Shown here one piece after another: positions 59,285 to 64,000 of a stretch of DNA of 64,000 bases. Location: positions 3,844,001-3,908,000 of the forward strand of contig CM106586.1 in the NCBI GenBank assembly GCA_048013815.1, in the 5' to 3' direction. A program made the translations under genes and the position numbers. Positions within the stretch are counted from its first letter, which is position 1. Every line of letters starts with the position of its first letter. The notes below the pieces were generated by a model, which saw only the letters and a program-made list of their open reading frames with translations, made no database searches and was not told the DNA's origin. Origin of the DNA: Setoptus koraiensis (lineage: Eukaryota > Animalia > Arthropoda).

Positions 59285-60830
59285 TTAGTGATGATATGAT
59301 CGGTTTCTCGGTTGTTCAGACACATCGCACATTAATTGAGATGGACTCTCAACATGCATTGTGAAGTCATGAGATATTTGGTGAAAATGCGATCTGGATA
59401 GAAAATGATCCAGGCATATCGTTTCACCGCAGTGTGCACAAAGCATGAAGTGAACGTTTTCGCATTTTACGCAGTATAGAGGCTTGCCTTCAAAATGGAA
59501 GTTGATCTTTTGGTTATTGTATCTAACACGTACCACGCCCAATTTGGGTATTTTGGGTATTTTTGGGTAGGGTATTGTACCCTGATACCCGAACGGGTAT
59601 TCCGGAAGTGCGGAAATTCTTCGTTACCGAGATACCCGAGGTACCGCATTGTGGGTATTTTAGGGTATTTGAGGGTATATTGACGGTACAATCGGTCGTA
59701 CCCACCCGCACGGACATCGGGTAGGGTACTGAGGTCTCCACACCGAGGGTAGATCATTCTTATGAGCCACAGGAAATGAATAAAAGCGGTCAAACTGAAG
59801 AGGCGTGGCTTGTGCGCGCGGCGCGGAGTGCAACTGCGCCCGCAGATAGTCAGACCACCCACCGAGTCCTAGCGCACGGGACGCATACCCAGAGGATCGA
59901 ATCAGCCTGGAGAGCACTTCGGCGGAAATTCAGTTCAGGCGGGATCAAGATCGACGACATTAGCCAGCACATGACTGAATACATGTGGCGCCGCCAATGT
60001 ATACGCACAGGAATTGATCCGTTCGTGGCACTAATAGATCTGATGAAGAACAATAATCAATAAAGGGTATACCCCCATATTTTAACGGTTGATCAATCAT
60101 AGAGGCGCTGGATCATCGACGGGATTCTGAGCACGCACTGCGGGGCTGCGCCGCGGCACCGAGGTGTGCGGGTAGGCCTTCGGCCTACCCGCATAGGCCG
60201 GCCTACCGTCCACGCCGTCGGCCTTCGGCCGACGGCGGGACGATTGACGGCCTGCCTCGTGACGGCCCTACGGGCCGTCCCGCATCCCGGGAAAGGATTG
60301 TTTCCCGTGGGCTGGGGGTCGAGTGGGCGGGGCCCGCGATCGGGCCGGGTTCCGTTCGACCTCGTTTTCAAGTTGCAAGCTTGGACAAACAAATATGCCA
60401 AACAGAGTACCCGATTCGCGTTGATTCTCGGACCGGAAGTGCTAGATATGGAAAACAACGAATATCTCAAGATCGGGTTGTTGAATTTCGTTCTTTCTGC
60501 TGTCATCACTAATAGTGAATTGTAAGCTGTGTGATCATACCAAAATTTATGGTCTAGAACCCTTGTGAGGCCGATAAAACTGATTTTTCGATATCTCCGG
60601 AAGTAAAAATTTCCGCACTTCCGGACTATCATATTTGTATTTGGGGGCCCCTTCGGGGCCCCTTTGTGAAGTTTCGTTGGAATCGGGCTTGGTACGTGTT
60701 AGATACAACACCCGATCTTTTCGACTGTATCGGGTTTCTCATTCATCGACATTTCATCCGGGCTATAGTTTGGGTCTGTTTTGTGCCAGTCGACATTTTT
60801 TTCATCATGGGTCCGCTGCCTGCGGGGTTG
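59285..60830 (-). mobile_element. DNA-transposase C-terminal Cys-rich remnant (pogo/DDE_1-like), split by the Merlin insertion
   Basis: Removing 59512-60713 and one TSD gives a continuous frame: VDWHKTDPNYSPDEMSMNEKPDTVEK|INFHFEGKPLYCVKCENVHFMLCAHCGETICLDHFL. The family assignment is from memory. Confidence 0.5.
59512..60713 (+). mobile_element. Merlin (IS1595/ISXO2-like) DNA transposon, non-autonomous deletion derivative
   Basis: 8-bp TSD GATCTTTT at 59504-59511 and 60714-60721. Termini are GG...CC with a perfect 19-bp IR (59517-59535 / 60690-60708) and an inner 16-bp IR (59601-59616 / 60610-60625). The internal ORF remnant GTHTQRIESAWRALRRK...HMTEYMWRR...DPFVALI lies at about 59870-60063. 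Confidence 0.88.
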
Positions 60831-61079
60831 ATATTAACTTCGTAATCGTCGTCAGACATTCGAGACACTGGCCTCACCTCGCTTTCACTCTCGGATGAAG
60901 TGGAGGGTGGTTGGCCTCGTATTTTGTGATAGACCTCTCGAGCTTTTTTCATATCTTCTGAATGTTTCGATCTCTGCGACATCATTTTGTTCACAGTCGG
61001 GCTTTGTGAGCTGTTTGGCTTCAAGCTCAGGTCCCATCACCATAACAGATGTGCCCAACAGACGGCTGAAGGCGTTGCG

Positions 61080-61700
61080 GGGTGTTGTAGCGATTAGTGC
61101 CCCGCCCCAATTTCGATGGAACTTCCGGTACGGGTTCATATTGACCCCAATAGACTAGAAAAGTGTCCGGAAGTGCAGAAACTTCCAGAGGCCACCACAT
61201 CTCCATATCCATCACGCTCCCGCGACGACTACGTGCGACCGGAACCCTTCGGATCGGGTTGATGGGTGCTTCGGGTCTTGTCCTCAGCCCTCCGCTCACA
61301 TGACTGCTATCCGTACACGACCGTTAGTGGGAGAACGGACTGTTCACCGTGAACCTGAATCTCCAACTGTGAGAATCTCGAGAACCCGAAGTAGCGCACG
61401 CTTGTGTGTTGATCAGTATGGGCCTCTACAGGGACTATTTGCTCGTGCGCGCGGATATTCCGTCCTGTCAACGCCCTCGCGGCGGATTTTGCCGAACATC
61501 TCTTGAACCGGAATTTGTACAAACTAGAAATAGGCTGTATCGTACTCTGCATGCTATGATCTCTATGAATAGAGAGTTTCAACTCTCTACCTCAATTTTT
61601 TTGTAAAACCTGAACCGGAAGTTTCCGCGCTCCCAGACCACCGAGCTTATTGTTTTTGGACCTTGTGTGAAGTATCGGTCAGGGTGAAGGCATTTTGACC
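61080..61700 (+). mobile_element. Second Merlin-family element or MITE, degenerate
   Basis: Left end GGGTGTTGTAG...TCCGGAAGTGCAGAAACTTCC (61080-61186) and a decayed inverted end (AACCGGAAGTTTCCGCG at about 61614, GTGAAGTATCG at about 61667). No TSD was found. Confidence 0.55.
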
Positions 61701-61716
61701 AAAGCACGATCAGGGG

Positions 61717-61863
61717 ATTATGTGGGCGATCAACAGCGGCGAATGGCCCAAGTCTTCGGAAGACCGTCCAGATGTGGTAGAAAATCTGATGCAAAGGTCG
61801 TGGGCGGATGGGCCCACAACCAGGCCCTCCATGAATGATACTGTTGAAGAAATAAAGATAAAG
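61717..61863 (+). pseudogene. TAK1/MAP3K7-like kinase C-lobe fragment
   Basis: IMWAINSGEWP...RPDVVENLMQRSWADGPTTRPSMNDTVEEIK resembles TAK1 IMWAVHNGTRP...[28 protein letters not shown]. The rest of the kinase is absent. Confidence 0.65.
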
Positions 61864-64000
61864 ATATCCGATGCGCGAGTTGACAGTGATCGCAATCCGG
61901 CCGAGTTTCGGTGTTGCCTCGACACAAAACTCAAAATGGATTGAAAAATGTTGACAAATTAGATTTTGGTGGTTTGTTACAGGATGGCCAATGGATGTAT
62001 TACATTCCGCCGATATTTTTTCCTCCAATGTGTTATTTCCAAAACTTATTAGCTGCCAAGAAATCACACAATTGGCGCAAACATACCAGCGGACATACAA
62101 AACAGCCAGCTGGATGCCATAGGAATTGTTTTATATCATGGGAACAGCAGCAACAGTATTAACGGCAACCCTAGTTTCACTTTAGCTGACATATAGGAAT
62201 GGAAAATTTCAATTCAACGTGAGCGATTAATCGGCGAAAGGATTGGCACTTGTCAATTGATTGTAGGCCCGAATAACCTTGACTATCTCATGAGTGGCAT
62301 TTAATTGAAATCAAAAGCCCAATTCCATGGTCACAAATACCTCGGCTGCAACAGATTGGCCACGGTTGGGTGCATCGTCGCAAAATCATCACCATGAACT
62401 GTTCACAATGTCATTCAGTTCGGATAAAGAGCAAAATTTATACCTCAAACACGATGAACTTGACTCTTTATGAAATATCCTGCAAGCAAATCGGTTGATA
62501 TAATTAATTATCACATATAAGCATGCCTTTTGCAGCCAACAAATGATTCTATTCAAAATGAACTTTTCAATGGAATCATTCTTGCTAATGTTGTGTCTCA
62601 TCGCTTGCGAACAAAACATAAATAGGAAACCTGTTGATGGTTTTGTGTTTTGCTGCAACTTTATCCGAGCAATAGCGTCATGTGAGATTGAAACTGTCAC
62701 GATTGCCATGTGTCTGTAGTCACACTGCTGAATGTCACCTGAATGTCAGCGCCTCATCCTAGTGACAACTACATCGTGTGTTATGAAAATCGCTTTGATA
62801 ATAATTGAAATATATTTTGTCACACATCGGCATTGCTGAGAGGCCCTGAAACAAACAAATTAATAACCACTCTGCCCACCATCTACACGCAACTAAAAGC
62901 CATTTTTCTCCAGTATTTCACTGGCAGTTAGTGCCAATTTAGTGACTAATGGCAGGGCATGTCATCGGAACGAGTTGTGGTTCATGACGAAACCACCATG
63001 AAATATTGCTTACCTGGTTCGTTCGTAAACTGGTCTGAATGTACGTTGGCAAGACGTTATTGTTTGTCAAGATTGAGAGATGTTTTGCACGCTTCGTTGC
63101 GCAATTAGCTATTTAAATCAGCCTGACTCAGGCGTACGCATCTTGCCACACTTGGACATTGTTCATTGCAGCGGAAATGACTCAATGCGACTTAAATTAT
63201 TTCTTTTTGGTCGAAATGTTTGCTTCATTTGCAAATTGAACATATGCGAGCAAGGACCAAATATCGTCGGCATCATTCGCATCGTGTCTAAATTACAAAA
63301 GCCGGACTATTGTCATCAGAGCTCTGGTTTACCAATGGCCAAATTGTTTTGTGAATTACATCAACAGATCACCGTCACATCGTTAGTGTCGCGAACCAAT
63401 CGCAATTCAGAAAGGTAACGACAACTATGATCCAGCACATAAGCACACTTGTAATATATCTGTTTATAGTGATCATAATTAATCATCAATGCATGATTAA
63501 AGTGTTTATGTTAAATATCAGAGTGTTACGTAAATTTAATTTTCATCATCATGGCATCAACAGGTTGGCCGAAATGGCACGAACAAGCAAGCTTAGGAAG
63601 CCAAGCTCCCGGTCAAGACTGACAAGAATACGGCGGCCGGGCGGAGGCCATTTCGATGCGACGGCGCTGAAATTGTATTCGGCCACCAAAGTGACATCGT
63701 TAATTGGTAATAGCACTTTTGCTACAAACACTGTAAACTTTTTTGCTGACCTGAGAAGCAAATTGCCTAGAGCGGATGATTTATTTACGCAGCCATTCGT
63801 AAAAACAATTCTGGATTTCAAGCGCCAATACGTCTAATACAAATTGTTTCATACGTATACGTATACAAAAATATGACAATAACAATACCGATAATATCTC
63901 ACTAATATACACAATAACGTGAACGGATAAACGTTTGTTAGCAATCACGATAAGCTATGATAATTGACTAACTCTTAATAATAAATCAAGCAAGCAAATA

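Noticed and set aside
55896-60661. Helentron/HINE or parvovirus-like element defined by sub-TIRs and terminal hairpins
   Set aside because: The same motifs lie symmetrically inside GG...CC termini with an exact 8-bp TSD and an ISXO2-type ORF, which Merlin explains better. No Rep/helicase or NS1 motifs were seen.
61645-61716. Upstream extension of the TAK1 fragment (FWTLCEVSVRVKAF)
   Set aside because: This stretch aligns better to the decayed Merlin TIR (GTGAAGT.TCG) and contains a stop.
62389-63418. ORFs 62389-62709 (-) and 63080-63418 (+)
   Set aside because: No recognisable motifs or consistent splice structure, so they cannot be supported.
63574-63837. Histone H3/CENP-A-like gene (MARTSKLRK...)
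   Set aside because: Only the first four residues resemble H3. No histone-fold motifs follow and the ORF is too short. It may be an unrelated small ORF.
1-64000. tRNA, rRNA or snRNA genes (including U11/U12/U6atac)
   Set aside because: No cloverleaf, Sm-site or snRNA consensus was recognised by eye. A covariance-model scan is needed to exclude them.

Overview
Eukaryotic window from a compact, intron-poor animal genome. Short GT-AG introns of about 90-130 nt and many intronless housekeeping genes suggest an arthropod, plausibly an acariform mite (inference). 0.2-32.2 kb holds a T-type calcium channel gene (Cav3/Ca-alpha1T, EEDD filter), reconstructed as 9 exons and 3358 aa. Its first intron is a 21,180-nt AT-AC (U12-type) intron; the other seven are 90-129 nt. 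32-53 kb is a dense gene block: a 259-aa internally deleted Sec8/EXOC4 (-), a PI3K regulatory subunit lacking nSH2 (+), a TMEM184 start cut by a 500-N gap, an AP-3 beta without its ear domain, a stand-alone BED-finger gene, an intronless PIWI-clade Argonaute (-) and a 9-exon SLC17 transporter. 54-62 kb is a nested transposon graveyard. It contains a Merlin (IS1595/ISXO2-like) element with TIRs and an 8-bp TSD inserted into another transposase remnant, two more Merlin-type ends, copia gag, a hAT C-terminus, host-gene fragments (importin-alpha, TAK1-like kinase) and a perfect (ACATCCA)34 array. Top leads are the giant U12 intron, repeated domain trimming of conserved proteins, a Cav3 fixed in the tri-cysteine turret form with a large domain-I turret insertion, and a hairpin conserved in structure but not sequence in four Merlin termini. 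All homology calls come from motif recognition by eye, not database searches.
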